Source: Methanocaldococcus jannaschii DSM 2661 (lineage in GTDB: Archaea; AGJL01; Methanococci; Methanococcales; Methanocaldococcaceae). From it: a DNA stretch of 32,000 nucleotides. Under the pieces are notes generated by a model. That model did no database searches. It saw only the letters and a program-made list of their open reading frames with translations, and had not been told where the DNA came from. Positions within the stretch are counted from its first letter, which is position 1, and each line of letters starts with the position of its first letter. Shown here piece by piece: positions 12,664 through 23,030 of this stretch. The stretch is from contig NC_000909.1 in assembly GCF_000091665.1 (NCBI RefSeq), forward strand, positions 152,871 through 184,870, given 5' to 3'. The translations under genes and the position numbers were made by a program.

Positions 12664-13929
12664 ATGGTTTTATTAAAGTTTCATGGTGGTTGCCAGCAAA
12701 TTGGGATGAGTTGTGTTGAGGTAGAAACACAAAAAGGGAGAGTTTTATTGGATTGCGGAATGTCTCCAGACACTGGAGAAATACCTAAGGTAGATGATAA
12801 AGCAGTAGATGCAGTTATTGTTTCCCATGCTCATCTTGACCATTGTGGAGCAATCCCATTTTATAAATTCAAAAAGATTTATTGCACACATCCAACAGCT
12901 GATTTAATGTTTATAACTTGGAGAGATACTCTAAATTTAACAAAAGCTTATAAAGAAGAAGACATTCAGCATGCTATGGAAAATATTGAGTGCCTAAATT
13001 ACTATGAGGAAAGGCAAATAACTGAAAACATTAAATTTAAATTTTACAATGCCGGGCATATATTGGGAAGTGCTTCCATATACTTGGAAGTGGATGGGAA
13101 AAAAATTCTCTATACTGGGGACATAAATGAAGGAGTTTCAAGAACATTACTCCCTGCAGATACAGATATCGATGAGATTGATGTCCTAATTATAGAATCT
13201 ACTTATGGATCTCCATTGGATATAAAGCCAGCAAGAAAAACTTTAGAGAGGCAATTAATTGAGGAAATATCTGAAACAATAGAAAATGGAGGAAAAGTAA
13301 TAATCCCAGTTTTTGCAATTGGTAGAGCTCAAGAGATATTGTTGATTATAAACAACTATATTAGAAGTGGAAAGTTAAGGGATGTGCCAATATATACTGA
13401 CGGCTCCCTAATTCATGCAACTGCTGTTTATATGAGCTATATAAATTGGCTAAATCCAAAAATAAAAAATATGGTTGAGAATAGAATTAATCCATTTGGT
13501 GAGATAAAGAAGGCAGATGAAAGCTTAGTATTTAATAAAGAGCCTTGTATTATTGTTTCAACTTCAGGGATGGTTCAAGGAGGACCGGTATTAAAATATT
13601 TAAAGTTATTGAAAGACCCAAAAAACAAGCTTATATTAACTGGTTATCAGGCAGAGGGAACATTAGGAAGGGAATTAGAAGAGGGAGCTAAAGAAATTCA
13701 GCCATTTAAAAATAAAATCCCTATAAGGGGAAAAGTTGTTAAAATAGAATTTTCTGCTCATGGTGATTATAATTCATTAGTTAGATATATAAAGAAGATT
13801 CCTAAACCAGAAAAAGCTATAGTTATGCATGGGGAGAGATATCAATCATTATCATTCGCTATGACTATTTGGAAGACATTAAAGATTCCAACCTTTGTTC
13901 CTGTTAGAGGAACAATATTGCCAATATAA
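12664..13929 (+). CDS. Beta-CASP metallo-beta-lactamase ribonuclease (CPSF/RNase J-like)
   Basis: 421 aa: HAHLDHCG motif, YTGDINEG, STYGSP, GTLGRELEEG, EFSAHGDYNSLVRYI. Confidence 0.92.
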   Translation: MVLLKFHGGCQQIGMSCVEVETQKGRVLLDCGMSPDTGEIPKVDDKAVDAVIVSHAHLDHCGAIPFYKFKKIYCTHPTADLMFITWRDTLNLTKAYKEEDIQHAMENIECLNYYEERQITENIKFKFYNAGHILGSASIYLEVDGKKILYTGDINEGVSRTLLPADTDIDEIDVLIIESTYGSPLDIKPARKTLERQLIEEISETIENGGKVIIPVFAIGRAQEILLIINNYIRSGKLRDVPIYTDGSLIHATAVYMSYINWLNPKIKNMVENRINPFGEIKKADESLVFNKEPCIIVSTSGMVQGGPVLKYLKLLKDPKNKLILTGYQAEGTLGRELEEGAKEIQPFKNKIPIRGKVVKIEFSAHGDYNSLVRYIKKIPKPEKAIVMHGERYQSLSFAMTIWKTLKIPTFVPVRGTILPI

Positions 13930-13941
13930 ATTATAAAATTT

Positions 13942-14505
13942 TTAAATACTCAATAATGCCTCCTCTGGAATTTCTTGCTCTATGGTTGTAATTGTTGAGA
14001 AATACTTTTTGAGAACTCCTGTTATTCTTTTCAGTATTTCTTTCTCTTCTATAACGTCAAGGGCTATTTTTGACTCTATTATAACATACAGATTTTCACC
14101 ATAAAGTTTTAATGGATAGATGTATAGATAACTATCTTCCTTAAATATAACGACCTTTTTTATATTTCCACATAGTTTTTTAATATATTCAAATATGCTC
14201 GATGCAGTAGCTCCAACTTCATCAGCATCCTTTAATGTAGTGGCTATAACTAAACCCTCATCATTAACAACAATAATATCTTCTATATCATAAGAAAGAG
14301 CTATTTCAACCAAATCAAATTCTTTTGTATATTCCCTACCTTCATCTGGAGCTACATAAGGTTTTAATTCTTTAAGATTTTCGATAATTTCCATTTCAAT
14401 AATCTTATACGTTTTCTTTCTTTCTTTCTCTTTATAGTAATACACTCCTACACCAATCAAGACCCCAACTATAAAAAGAATTAAAAAAATTATTATCGCA
14501 TCCAT
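13942..14505 (-). CDS. Membrane-anchored roadblock/LC7-like protein
   Basis: N-terminal TM helix, then a domain resembling roadblock/LC7 (VVNDEGLVIATTLKDADEVGATASSIFEYIKKLCGNIKKVVIFKED). Confidence 0.5.
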   Translation of the reverse strand: MDAIIIFLILFIVGVLIGVGVYYYKEKERKKTYKIIEMEIIENLKELKPYVAPDEGREYTKEFDLVEIALSYDIEDIIVVNDEGLVIATTLKDADEVGATASSIFEYIKKLCGNIKKVVIFKEDSYLYIYPLKLYGENLYVIIESKIALDVIEEKEILKRITGVLKKYFSTITTIEQEIPEEALLSI

Positions 14506-14553
14506 GTTAATACCTCTTCATTTCTTCTATTTGAATATTTGCTTTTTATTTTA

Positions 14554-15741
14554 TTACTCTATATTAATATTTATCCTTGAGGTATATTTGGATACATATT
14601 TTTTAATTGTATTGTCAATCTCAAATTTAACAATTGAAGGGTCTATATCTTTTTTGATAATTCCCAAGATTCTTTTTCTCTTTACATTAACATCCCCAAA
14701 TATATAGTATCTACCATTCTCCCACTTAATCTTAAGATTAACTAAAACATCACTAACACCTTCCATCCTCTTAACTTTATTAACAATCTCACTCTCAATT
14801 TTTTCTTTTAGTTCTTCCAATTCTTCATCTGAAGGTCTAAACACATCTTCTAATATTGTCTCTATCCAATTCTCATCTGGCTCTTTTATTCCCAATTTTT
14901 TTAGCAGTTCTTCTCTTGAGACTGTTGATTCTTCTTCTATTTCTTCAGCAGTTGTTATACTACCTTCACTTTCTAAACTATCCGCTTTTTCACTACTTTT
15001 ATTTTCGTTTTCATCCAGAATTTTCATTTGTGGGTATAGTTCTAATATAACATGTGTTTTTTTCTCATTATACTCATAGACATCAATAACTGTATTTTCA
15101 TCTTTCAACATTTCTTCCAATTTTTCATAGGCATCTTTTCCTAACAAAACTCCTAAGTCACATTCATAAGCCGCTGCTATTGGTGTTTGTCCTTTGTATA
15201 TTATATAACCGTTCTCAAATTTGCCATCTTTTTTTCTATAAGCATTTATAATAATATATTTATTATCTTCTAAGTATTTTTCAAAGTCCTTTGTATTTGC
15301 CTCTATTAAATTATCCAATGGTATGTCCAATTTTATGTTGAGATATTTTTCAACTATGTCTCTCTTCTCACTCATATCTTCATTTTTTTCAGATACTTTA
15401 TTTGTGTCTTTACATGCAAAAATCTCTGGATATAGCCATTTCATTAAATTTATTTTATCTTTATTATATTTGTAGATATCTATAACTTTGTTTTCGTAGT
15501 TTAACAGTTCAATAACTTTTTCTTTATTTCCAAAAACCTCTGTAGATTCACTATCGGTGTAGTAGCATCCAACAATTTTTCCATCTTCAACAAAGATATA
15601 ACCCTCATGTAATTTATTCCCTTCTTTAACTAAAATTAAAATATATCCAGTGTCTATCTCATTGATTATCTCTTCTAAATTTCCTTCATATAATGTCTTT
15701 ACATACTCTCCATCAACAACTTTTATCATATTTTCCCTCAT
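14554..15741 (-). CDS. Uncharacterised archaeal protein, DUF2226-like
   Basis: 395-aa ORF with two repeated GYI/Y...EG..VGCYY-type domains and a long acidic linker. Confidence 0.55.
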
Positions 15742-15750
15742 CTATCTTTA

Positions 15751-16521
15751 TTACTTATGCATTATCTTAGCTATCAATCCTGCAAATACACCTGCTCCAA
15801 ATCCATTATCAATATTAACAACCGCTATTCCAGGAGAACATGAATGCAACATAGTTAACAGAGGCGTTATTTTTATCCCATAAGATGTCGATGTTGGAAC
15901 TCCAATAACAGGAATATCAACCATTGAGGCGATAACTGAAGGTAAAGCTCCCTCCATACCAGCAACAACAATAATACAGCAAACATCTTCCTCAATCATT
16001 CTTTTTAAAGCTGGAAACAGCCTGTGAATGCCTGCAATTCCTACATCATAAGCAGTTATTGCTTCAACTCCCATTATTTCTAATGTGTCTTTTGCCTCCT
16101 CTGCCACTGGAATATCTGAGGTCCCTGCTGTTAATATACCCACTTTACCTATTTTTTTTACTTCATAGTTTTTATTTTTTATTATTAATGTTTTCGCTTT
16201 TTTGTTAATTTTTATGTCGTAGTTTTTTAAATTCCACTTCCTAATTTCGTCACTAAGTTTTTCAATATCTTCTATTTTAGTTGCTAACGCTATGCCATTT
16301 TTTTCTACAAGTTTTAGCGTGGCTTTAATTATCTCATCTATATCTTTTCCCTTACCATAAACAACTTCTGGAACTCCTGTCCTAAACTGCCTGTTTATAT
16401 CCAACTTTAATCTTTCCTCAATCTCTTCATAATAGTTAAGCTTTATCTGTTTTTCAATTTCATCTAAGCTTATATCTCCATTTTTAAATGCTAAAAGTAA
16501 ATCTCTTAAATTTTTTCCCAT
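15751..16521 (-). CDS. larB: PurE-related / LarB-family protein
   Basis: 256 aa: VGILTAGTSDIPVAEEAKDTLEIMG..., VVAGMEGALPSVIASMVDIPVIGVPTSTSYG; AIR carboxylase-like domain. Confidence 0.8.
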   Translation of the reverse strand: MGKNLRDLLLAFKNGDISLDEIEKQIKLNYYEEIEERLKLDINRQFRTGVPEVVYGKGKDIDEIIKATLKLVEKNGIALATKIEDIEKLSDEIRKWNLKNYDIKINKKAKTLIIKNKNYEVKKIGKVGILTAGTSDIPVAEEAKDTLEIMGVEAITAYDVGIAGIHRLFPALKRMIEEDVCCIIVVAGMEGALPSVIASMVDIPVIGVPTSTSYGIKITPLLTMLHSCSPGIAVVNIDNGFGAGVFAGLIAKIMHK

Positions 16522-16553
16522 TCAATTCCCTCCAAAACTTTTAGAAAAAACAT

Positions 16554-17321
16554 TTAAACTCTTTCCCATTCGATTCCATTATTTTCAAAAAATTCAATAT
16601 ATCTCCTTTTATCATCTCCCCTACATCCCTTCCAATCAATAAGAGCTTTATCCACTTCCATCTTACTGATAAGTTGATTTAAAACATCCTCAGACACTGA
16701 GGCATATTTTGGAACTAAATAGCCAAAATAATATTTATCCTCTAAAGCAAGTTTTGTAAATTTTGGAGCATAATGCCCTCCACCAAAGCCAATAGCTCTA
16801 ACTTTTTTATCATAATTTTTGGATTTCATTGCATCTATTGTTTCCAAAACAGATTTAGCAATTATCTCTCCAGCCTCTTTTAAAATCCACTCTTTTTCAC
16901 TACTTCCAATTTCAACAAATACTGTTGGAGCTTTTAAACCGGTTGGAGAGTGATGAACTACCTCAAAAGAGACATCAAACTCTCCAATCTTCCCATCCTC
17001 ATAGTATGTTTTGTAATTTTTGTAAATGTTTTTTAATAAAAGAGTATTTAAAACAGCATCACATGGACAAACTTCCTTAGGATTTCCTCCAAAAGTATTA
17101 TCTTCAGTTAAATTTCCGGGCGTATGGACTGTTAGGGATGGTTTATTTGCAATACTTTTATGCTTTGATAAAAATATATAGTAATCTGCATACTCCAAAT
17201 CTTCTGCAGTTAGAGATAAAAGCTCCTTATCAGTTTCAAAAACATCAAAATACTCTTTTATATGATTAGCTATGTTTTTACTTGCTAAATCTTTATTTGA
17301 TGCTATTAACAAAAATTTCAT
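16554..17321 (-). CDS. dtdA: D-aminoacyl-tRNA deacylase, archaeal type
   Basis: 255 aa: ASNKDLASKNI, LTVHTPGNLT, FEVVHHSPTGLKAPTVFVEIGSSEKEW, IGFGGGHYAPKFT. Confidence 0.88.
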   Translation of the reverse strand: MKFLLIASNKDLASKNIANHIKEYFDVFETDKELLSLTAEDLEYADYYIFLSKHKSIANKPSLTVHTPGNLTEDNTFGGNPKEVCPCDAVLNTLLLKNIYKNYKTYYEDGKIGEFDVSFEVVHHSPTGLKAPTVFVEIGSSEKEWILKEAGEIIAKSVLETIDAMKSKNYDKKVRAIGFGGGHYAPKFTKLALEDKYYFGYLVPKYASVSEDVLNQLISKMEVDKALIDWKGCRGDDKRRYIEFFENNGIEWERV

Positions 17322-17322
17322 C

Positions 17323-17814
17323 TTATCCCTCTCTTAAATGTCCTAATATATGTCCTGTTTCTTCTTTAATTATCTTTAATGCTGTTCTACATGCATTTAC
17401 TGAGCCTGGGAGGGCATATATGATTTTTCCTTTATAAATTCCAGCCATAGCTCTTGATAGCATGGCTGAGAATCCAACTTCCTCATAACTTAGTTTTTGA
17501 AAAATAATTTTAAAGCCATCTAACTCTTTTTCAATAATTTCTTTCAATGCTTCTACAGTGACATCTCTCTCAGCTATTCCAGTTCCTCCTGTGAAAACAA
17601 TACAATCTACATCAAAAAATTCAACTATATGCTCAACTATTCCTTTAATCATATTTTTGTTGTCGGGGATTATTGTATATACTTTAGCGTTTAGTTCTTT
17701 TTTTAATAATTTTCCAGATTTATCATCTACTTCTTTTCCCTTAATTAAATCATTATATCTACTATCACTTACAGTAACTACCGCATATTTTATATTTTTT
17801 ATTCTTTTGTGCAT
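17323..17814 (-). CDS. moaB: Molybdenum cofactor biosynthesis MoaB/MogA family protein
   Basis: 163 aa: VTVSDSRYND..DKSGKLLKKEL, VFTGGTGIAERDVT, YALPGSVNACRTAL. Confidence 0.88.
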   Translation of the reverse strand: MHKRIKNIKYAVVTVSDSRYNDLIKGKEVDDKSGKLLKKELNAKVYTIIPDNKNMIKGIVEHIVEFFDVDCIVFTGGTGIAERDVTVEALKEIIEKELDGFKIIFQKLSYEEVGFSAMLSRAMAGIYKGKIIYALPGSVNACRTALKIIKEETGHILGHLREG

Positions 17815-17936
17815 ATTTCCACCGTTTAAATAAATATATAAATTAATGAATATAAATTAAAATAACAAAAGAATTCTAAAGTTTTGGAAGGAAGTAAAAT
17901 ATTAATAATAAAAATTAAAAATTTTAAAAATAAAAT

Positions 17937-18140
17937 TTATTTCTTCAAAGCCAATTTTATATCCTCAACTTTTACTGTTTTTCTTTTTGCGTGCTTAGCT
18001 AATTCAACTGCTTCTTTTGCAATTTCTAATGCAATCTCTTCAACAGCCTCTGCTAAGTATTCTGCAGCTGCTCTGCTAACTCTCTCAGCACCAGCCTTTT
18101 TCAATATTCTCTCAAATGGTGCAACTGGAAGCTCAGCCAT
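17937..18140 (-). CDS. Archaeal histone
   Basis: 67-aa histone fold: [67 protein letters not shown]. Confidence 0.97.
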   Translation of the reverse strand: MAELPVAPFERILKKAGAERVSRAAAEYLAEAVEEIALEIAKEAVELAKHAKRKTVKVEDIKLALKK

Positions 18141-18379
18141 AATACCACCTCACAATAGATTTCCAATAAATACTGTTATAAAATCCTTTATTTAAACTTT
18201 TCGGTCATTTTCATTTTTTGTGAAAGTCTTTGGAAAATTTTCCCACACATAAAGAAGGTATTAAAAAGTGTGACACTAAAATTATAAAAAACACTATTTA
18301 TAATGTATGTCACAAATTTAAAATATAATTTTATGAAAGATAGATAAACATAAATTAATAGAGTTTAATTGTGATATTT

Positions 18380-19162
18380 ATGATAATTACTATAGCTTCG
18401 GGTAAAGGAGGGGTTGGAAAAACTACAACATCAGCATCTTTAGCAGTAGCACTTGCTAAATTGGGAAAAAAGGTTTTAGCTATTGATGGAGACATATCAA
18501 TGGCTAATTTAGGGATTCTATTCAATATGGAAAAGAAAAAACCCTCTTTACATGAAGTTTTGAGTGAAGAGGCAGATGTTAGGGATGCAATTTACAAACA
18601 TAAAACTGGAGTTTATGTATTGCCAACGAGTTTGTCTTTAGAAGGTTATAAGAAATCAGATATTGATTTACTTCCAGATGTGGTTAATGAGGTAGCTGAT
18701 GATTTTGATTATGTAATTATAGATGCTCCAGCTGGGTTAAATAGAGAAATGGCTACTCATTTAGCTATTGCTGATAAACTTTTACTTGTTGTCACCCCAG
18801 AGATGTTCTCAATTATTGACGCTGTTAGATTAAAAGAAAGTGCTGAAATGGCTGGAACACCTTTAATGGGTGTTGTGTTAAATAGGGTTGGTAGAGATTT
18901 TGGTGAAATGGGTAGAGATGAGATTGAAATGTTAATAAAAGGTAAAGTTTTAGTTGAAGTCCCTGAAGATGAAAATGTTAGGTCAGCAGCTTTAAAAAAG
19001 ATGAGTGTTATTGAATATAGAAAGAATTCTCCAGCTTCTCAAGCTTATATGAAGTTAGCTTCAATAATAGCAGGAGTTCCTATTTACATTGAAGATGAAA
19101 TTAAAATAATAAGGAAAGAAAGCTTTATAGATAAAATTAAGAGATTATTTAGGATGTATTAA
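18380..19162 (+). CDS. minD: MinD/ParA-family ATPase
   Basis: IASGKGGVGKTTTSASLAVALAKLGKKVLAIDGDISMANL deviant Walker A; start assigned at the internal Met of the track ORF (18371..19162). Confidence 0.93.
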   Translation: MIITIASGKGGVGKTTTSASLAVALAKLGKKVLAIDGDISMANLGILFNMEKKKPSLHEVLSEEADVRDAIYKHKTGVYVLPTSLSLEGYKKSDIDLLPDVVNEVADDFDYVIIDAPAGLNREMATHLAIADKLLLVVTPEMFSIIDAVRLKESAEMAGTPLMGVVLNRVGRDFGEMGRDEIEMLIKGKVLVEVPEDENVRSAALKKMSVIEYRKNSPASQAYMKLASIIAGVPIYIEDEIKIIRKESFIDKIKRLFRMY

Positions 19163-19181
19163 TTATCTTGATTTAAAAATT

Positions 19182-19259
19182 TTAATTATCATCCTTTTCC
19201 AAATAAACCGTATATGTTGGGAACGCCCTCTCAATGAACCTTTCAGTAAAAGCTTCACC
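19182..19259 (-). pseudogene. Diverged duplicate of the mscMJ 3' terminus
   Basis: Reads GEAFTERFIERAFPTYTVYLEKDDN-stop, compared with the gene's EEFEKEGIEMAFPTYTVYLEKDN-stop. 27/29 nt identity between 19199-19227 and 19314-19342. Confidence 0.87.
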
Positions 19260-19269
19260 AAAAATGGAT

Positions 19270-19296
19270 GCATCATCTCGCTTTGCTCGATGATGC
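19270..19296 (+). repeat. Hairpin element H3 (conserved-loop family)
   Basis: gcatcatc-tcgctttgctc-gatgatgc: 8-bp stem, 11-nt loop. Confidence 0.85.
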
Positions 19297-19299
19297 CTC

Positions 19300-20352
19300 T
19301 TAGTTATCTTTCTCCAAATAAACAGTATATGTTGGGAATGCCATCTCTATCCCTTCTTTTTCAAATTCCTCTTTTATCTTCAAATTTATTTCATCAACGG
19401 CATTTAAATAGTAATCAAATCCCATGTTTCTAACAAAGTATTCTACCCTCAAATTTAAACTCCAATCTCCATATTCCCTAAAATGCACTCTATATGGAGG
19501 GAGAGTAGCTGGATGATTTTCAACAATCTCTTTTATTATCTCCTTAGCCCTCTTAATTTTCTCTACCGGTGTGTTATAAGTTAAACCGATAGTCATTAAA
19601 ACCCTTCTTCTATCTCTAACTGTTAAGTTTTCAATGGCTGAATCCAACAATTCTGAGTTTGGGATAGTTATTAAAGTGTAATCAAAAGTTCTAATTCGTG
19701 TGCTTCTTATTCCAATCTCCTCTACAATCCCTTCAGCCCCTTTAACTTTAACCCAATGGCCTAAACTAAAGGGTTTGTCAATCAATATTAAAATCCCAGC
19801 AATGAAGTTTTTTATGGTGTCTTGCATAGCCAAAGCTAAAGCTAAACCCCCTACTCCTAAACCAGCCAATAAAGCAGTGATATCATAACCAACAGAGCTT
19901 AAAGCCGTTAATATACCAAGAAGTATTGTTAATATCTTTACAACTTTTTTCAATGGCTTTATTATGTGTTCGTCCAACTCTGTTTCTGTCTTTTCGGTTA
20001 ATGGAATTAGGTAGTGTTCAAATATCCCATCAATAAATTTAACTGCAAAATATGTAGCCGATAAGATAACTACAACTTTTACTGCTTCATCTATCAACTT
20101 GAGTATATAATCTGGCAGAATTAAAAATCTTAACCCAAAATAGAAAAACAATGTAACTACTAACACAATAATTGGTAAATCAATAGACTCTAATATTATA
20201 TCATCGAATTTTGTTTTTGTTTTATCTATGATTTTTTTGAGATAATTTCTAACTATTTTATCCACAATTTTTCCAATGAAAATACCCAATAGAGTTATAA
20301 CAACAAAAATAAGTATATTAGATATGCTGTTCCCAAAAATTTCCATATTCAC
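19300..20352 (-). CDS. MscS-family mechanosensitive channel
   Basis: 350 aa: GLGVGGLALALAMQDTIKNFIAGILILIDKPFSLGHWVKVKGAEGIVEEIGIRSTRIRTFDYTLITIPNSEL. Confidence 0.95.
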   Translation of the reverse strand: MNMEIFGNSISNILIFVVITLLGIFIGKIVDKIVRNYLKKIIDKTKTKFDDIILESIDLPIIVLVVTLFFYFGLRFLILPDYILKLIDEAVKVVVILSATYFAVKFIDGIFEHYLIPLTEKTETELDEHIIKPLKKVVKILTILLGILTALSSVGYDITALLAGLGVGGLALALAMQDTIKNFIAGILILIDKPFSLGHWVKVKGAEGIVEEIGIRSTRIRTFDYTLITIPNSELLDSAIENLTVRDRRRVLMTIGLTYNTPVEKIKRAKEIIKEIVENHPATLPPYRVHFREYGDWSLNLRVEYFVRNMGFDYYLNAVDEINLKIKEEFEKEGIEMAFPTYTVYLEKDN

Positions 20353-20431
20353 ATCACCTCTTCTTTAAATTACCACTATAAAAATAAAATTGAAAAATTT
20401 AATTATTTATCAAAGATTTTTATATTAAAGA

Positions 20432-22153
20432 TTATTTCCTTCCTCTTTGGATTTCATATATCCTTTCAACATCCTCTATAGTGTTTATCTCATTAACTCC
20501 CTTATCAAATCTAAATCTTACAACCCTTGGGAATCTCAAAGCATAGCCACAAGGATATTTATCAGATTTTTGAATTTCTTCATAAGCAACTTCAATAACT
20601 ATCTTTGGTTCTACTTCAACCTCTTCACCTAAATCTCTAATAATAATTTTATCAATCTCTTCTTTCAAAAACTCTAAATCTGCCTCAGTTAGTCCAGTCC
20701 CTACATGTCCAATAGGGTAGAGGTTCCCTTCCTCATCTCTAACACATATTTCAAATGAACCATACCAATCCTTTCTCTTCCCCATCCCTCTCTTTGCCTT
20801 TGTAATTACGACATCTAAACTCTCAAGAGTTGGTTTAAATTTATACATTGTTCTAACTCTACTTCCTGGGGTATAAGGAGCCTTTAAATTTTTAATCATA
20901 ACTCCCTCATGCCCAATAGATAGAGACCAGTTATAAAATTCTCTTGCCTCTTTTGCATCGTTTGTGACTAATTTATAGGATATATCAATTATTTTATCTG
21001 ATTTAAGCTCTTTCTCTATCCTCTTTCTTTCAGTTCTCCAATCATTCTCATAACCAACAATTTCCTCTAAAACTTTTCTTCTCTTTTCAAATTCCTCATC
21101 TATAAATGATACTCCATCTTTATAAAGAATATCAAACAAATAAACTCTCAAATTTATTTCCTTCATCATCTTTCCAATATCATACTTTCTCCTAAATCTT
21201 CTAAGTATATCTTGGAAAGGTCTTGGCTTTCCTGTTTGTTTATCTATAGCTACACACTCCCCTTCAACAATTAATTTATCTACATTAATATTTTTTACCG
21301 CCTCAACAATCTCTGGAAGGGCATTTGTAACATCCTCCAATCTCCTGCTATATATCTTAACTTTATTTCCATCCTTATGTATTTGAACTCTTGCTCCATC
21401 ATACTTTGTTTCAAATTGAGCTCTGCCCATCTCCAATAATGCCTCTTCAATTGAAGGAGTTAATTGAGCCAACATTGGTTTTATTGGTCTAAATAATTTT
21501 AATTTTAGCTCCTCACTTTCTAAATCTCCCATTAATAATTTCTCAGCTAAAAGCCCAATATCATTGGTTATAGCATATATCTTCTCAAGTTTTTCCTTTG
21601 GAACATTGAAATAAACTGACAAAGCATCTAATATAGTTGGAACATTCATCCCTATCCTCATATCTTCCAAAATTAACCTTGCCAAATACCTGCACTCTAT
21701 TGGTGAAGCTCTTAAAAAGAGACTACTTATTAACCTCAACTTTTTCTTTTGAGAACCTTCTCCCTCTATCTCCCCAACCCTCTTTAAGGTTTCATAAACC
21801 TCATCTACAGTTAATGGCTGAAAAAATAAAGATGCTTGCTTAATCTTTGATTTTAATTGCTCTATTGCCAATCCAATATCTCCCGTCTCTTTAATTTTCT
21901 CTAACAATTCATCTTTCTTAATTCCTATAGATGTAACAGCATTTATTAAAAGTTTTTCTCCAATTCCTAACTCTCTCTCATCGTATTCGGGATAAACCCT
22001 CCCTATAGCCATATAACAAATCTTTTTTAAATCCTCTGGCTTCCCTTTCTCTTTAACCATGTCAATTAATTTTATAAAATAATCTCTCTTTTCCAACCTT
22101 TTTGTTGTTTTTTCAATTTTATTAAATATTTCACAAACATCTCTCCAAAGCAT
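20432..22153 (-). CDS. lig: ATP-dependent DNA ligase
   Basis: 573 aa: catalytic motif FETKYDGARVQIHKDG, GEGVMIK-like HEGVMIKNL, YTPGSRVRTMYKFKP. Confidence 0.96.
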   Translation of the reverse strand: MLWRDVCEIFNKIEKTTKRLEKRDYFIKLIDMVKEKGKPEDLKKICYMAIGRVYPEYDERELGIGEKLLINAVTSIGIKKDELLEKIKETGDIGLAIEQLKSKIKQASLFFQPLTVDEVYETLKRVGEIEGEGSQKKKLRLISSLFLRASPIECRYLARLILEDMRIGMNVPTILDALSVYFNVPKEKLEKIYAITNDIGLLAEKLLMGDLESEELKLKLFRPIKPMLAQLTPSIEEALLEMGRAQFETKYDGARVQIHKDGNKVKIYSRRLEDVTNALPEIVEAVKNINVDKLIVEGECVAIDKQTGKPRPFQDILRRFRRKYDIGKMMKEINLRVYLFDILYKDGVSFIDEEFEKRRKVLEEIVGYENDWRTERKRIEKELKSDKIIDISYKLVTNDAKEAREFYNWSLSIGHEGVMIKNLKAPYTPGSRVRTMYKFKPTLESLDVVITKAKRGMGKRKDWYGSFEICVRDEEGNLYPIGHVGTGLTEADLEFLKEEIDKIIIRDLGEEVEVEPKIVIEVAYEEIQKSDKYPCGYALRFPRVVRFRFDKGVNEINTIEDVERIYEIQRGRK

Positions 22154-22309
22154 TATTTCACCATAAAAATATATATTATGAAATTTTATTATCTTGGCTC
22201 TAATTAAAATTGTTTCTCATTTTTAATCTTAGTTAATATGTCATTAACTATCCACTCAAAAATAAAACAGAATAAAATAAAAGAGATAATAATTTATCTT
22301 ATTATCATT

Positions 22310-22957
22310 TTACCCTTGGAATCCTTCTTTACCAACTAAAGGAACAAATGCCACTGGCCCACAGTCCTTTATTATTATCTCATCTCCTCTCTTTTCAGCT
22401 AAAACTAATCTTTGTAGATACCTACCAACAGGCATTAATAACTTTCCCCCATCTTTTAATTGCCTTATTAATGGTTCTGGGATTTTTGGACCTGCTGCAG
22501 TTGTATATATCCTATCATAAGGGGCTAATGGCTCATACCCTAAAGTTCCATCTCCCACTATTACAATAACGTTATCGTATCCCAATTTCCTTAAAGTTCT
22601 CTCTGCTTTTTCAGCCAATTCTGGAATTCTCTCAATACTAACAACTAAACCATCCTCCCCCACAATCTCAGCAGTTACTGCCGCGTGATAACCACAACCA
22701 GTCCCAATCTCTAAAACTTTCATTCCTGGCTTTAAATCTAAAAGCTCACACATCATTCCAACCATATGAATGGCTGAAATAGTCTGCCCATAACCAATCT
22801 CTAATGGAGTATCTACATACGCATATTCCTTTAAATGCTCTGGAAGAAATTCCTCCCTTGGAACTTTTAATAGAGCATCAATTACTCTTTTACTTTTTAT
22901 ATACCCCTCCCTAATTAATTTCTCAATTACTGCTTTCTTTTGTTCTTCTAAATCCAT
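22310..22957 (-). CDS. pcm: Protein-L-isoaspartate O-methyltransferase
   Basis: 215 aa: [60 protein letters not shown]. Confidence 0.96.
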
Positions 22958-23030
22958 AATTTCACCAAATATAATCTATATAAGGTAGCTTATATAAATG
23001 TTTAATATAATGTTAATTATAAGAAATTAC

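Noticed and set aside
8441-19342. Shared-loop hairpins as simple intrinsic terminators
   Set aside because: H2 sits at the 5' end of gatB, no uniform poly-U tract follows the hairpins, and the loop rather than the stem is conserved together with the flanking duplications. A secondary terminator role for H1 is not excluded.
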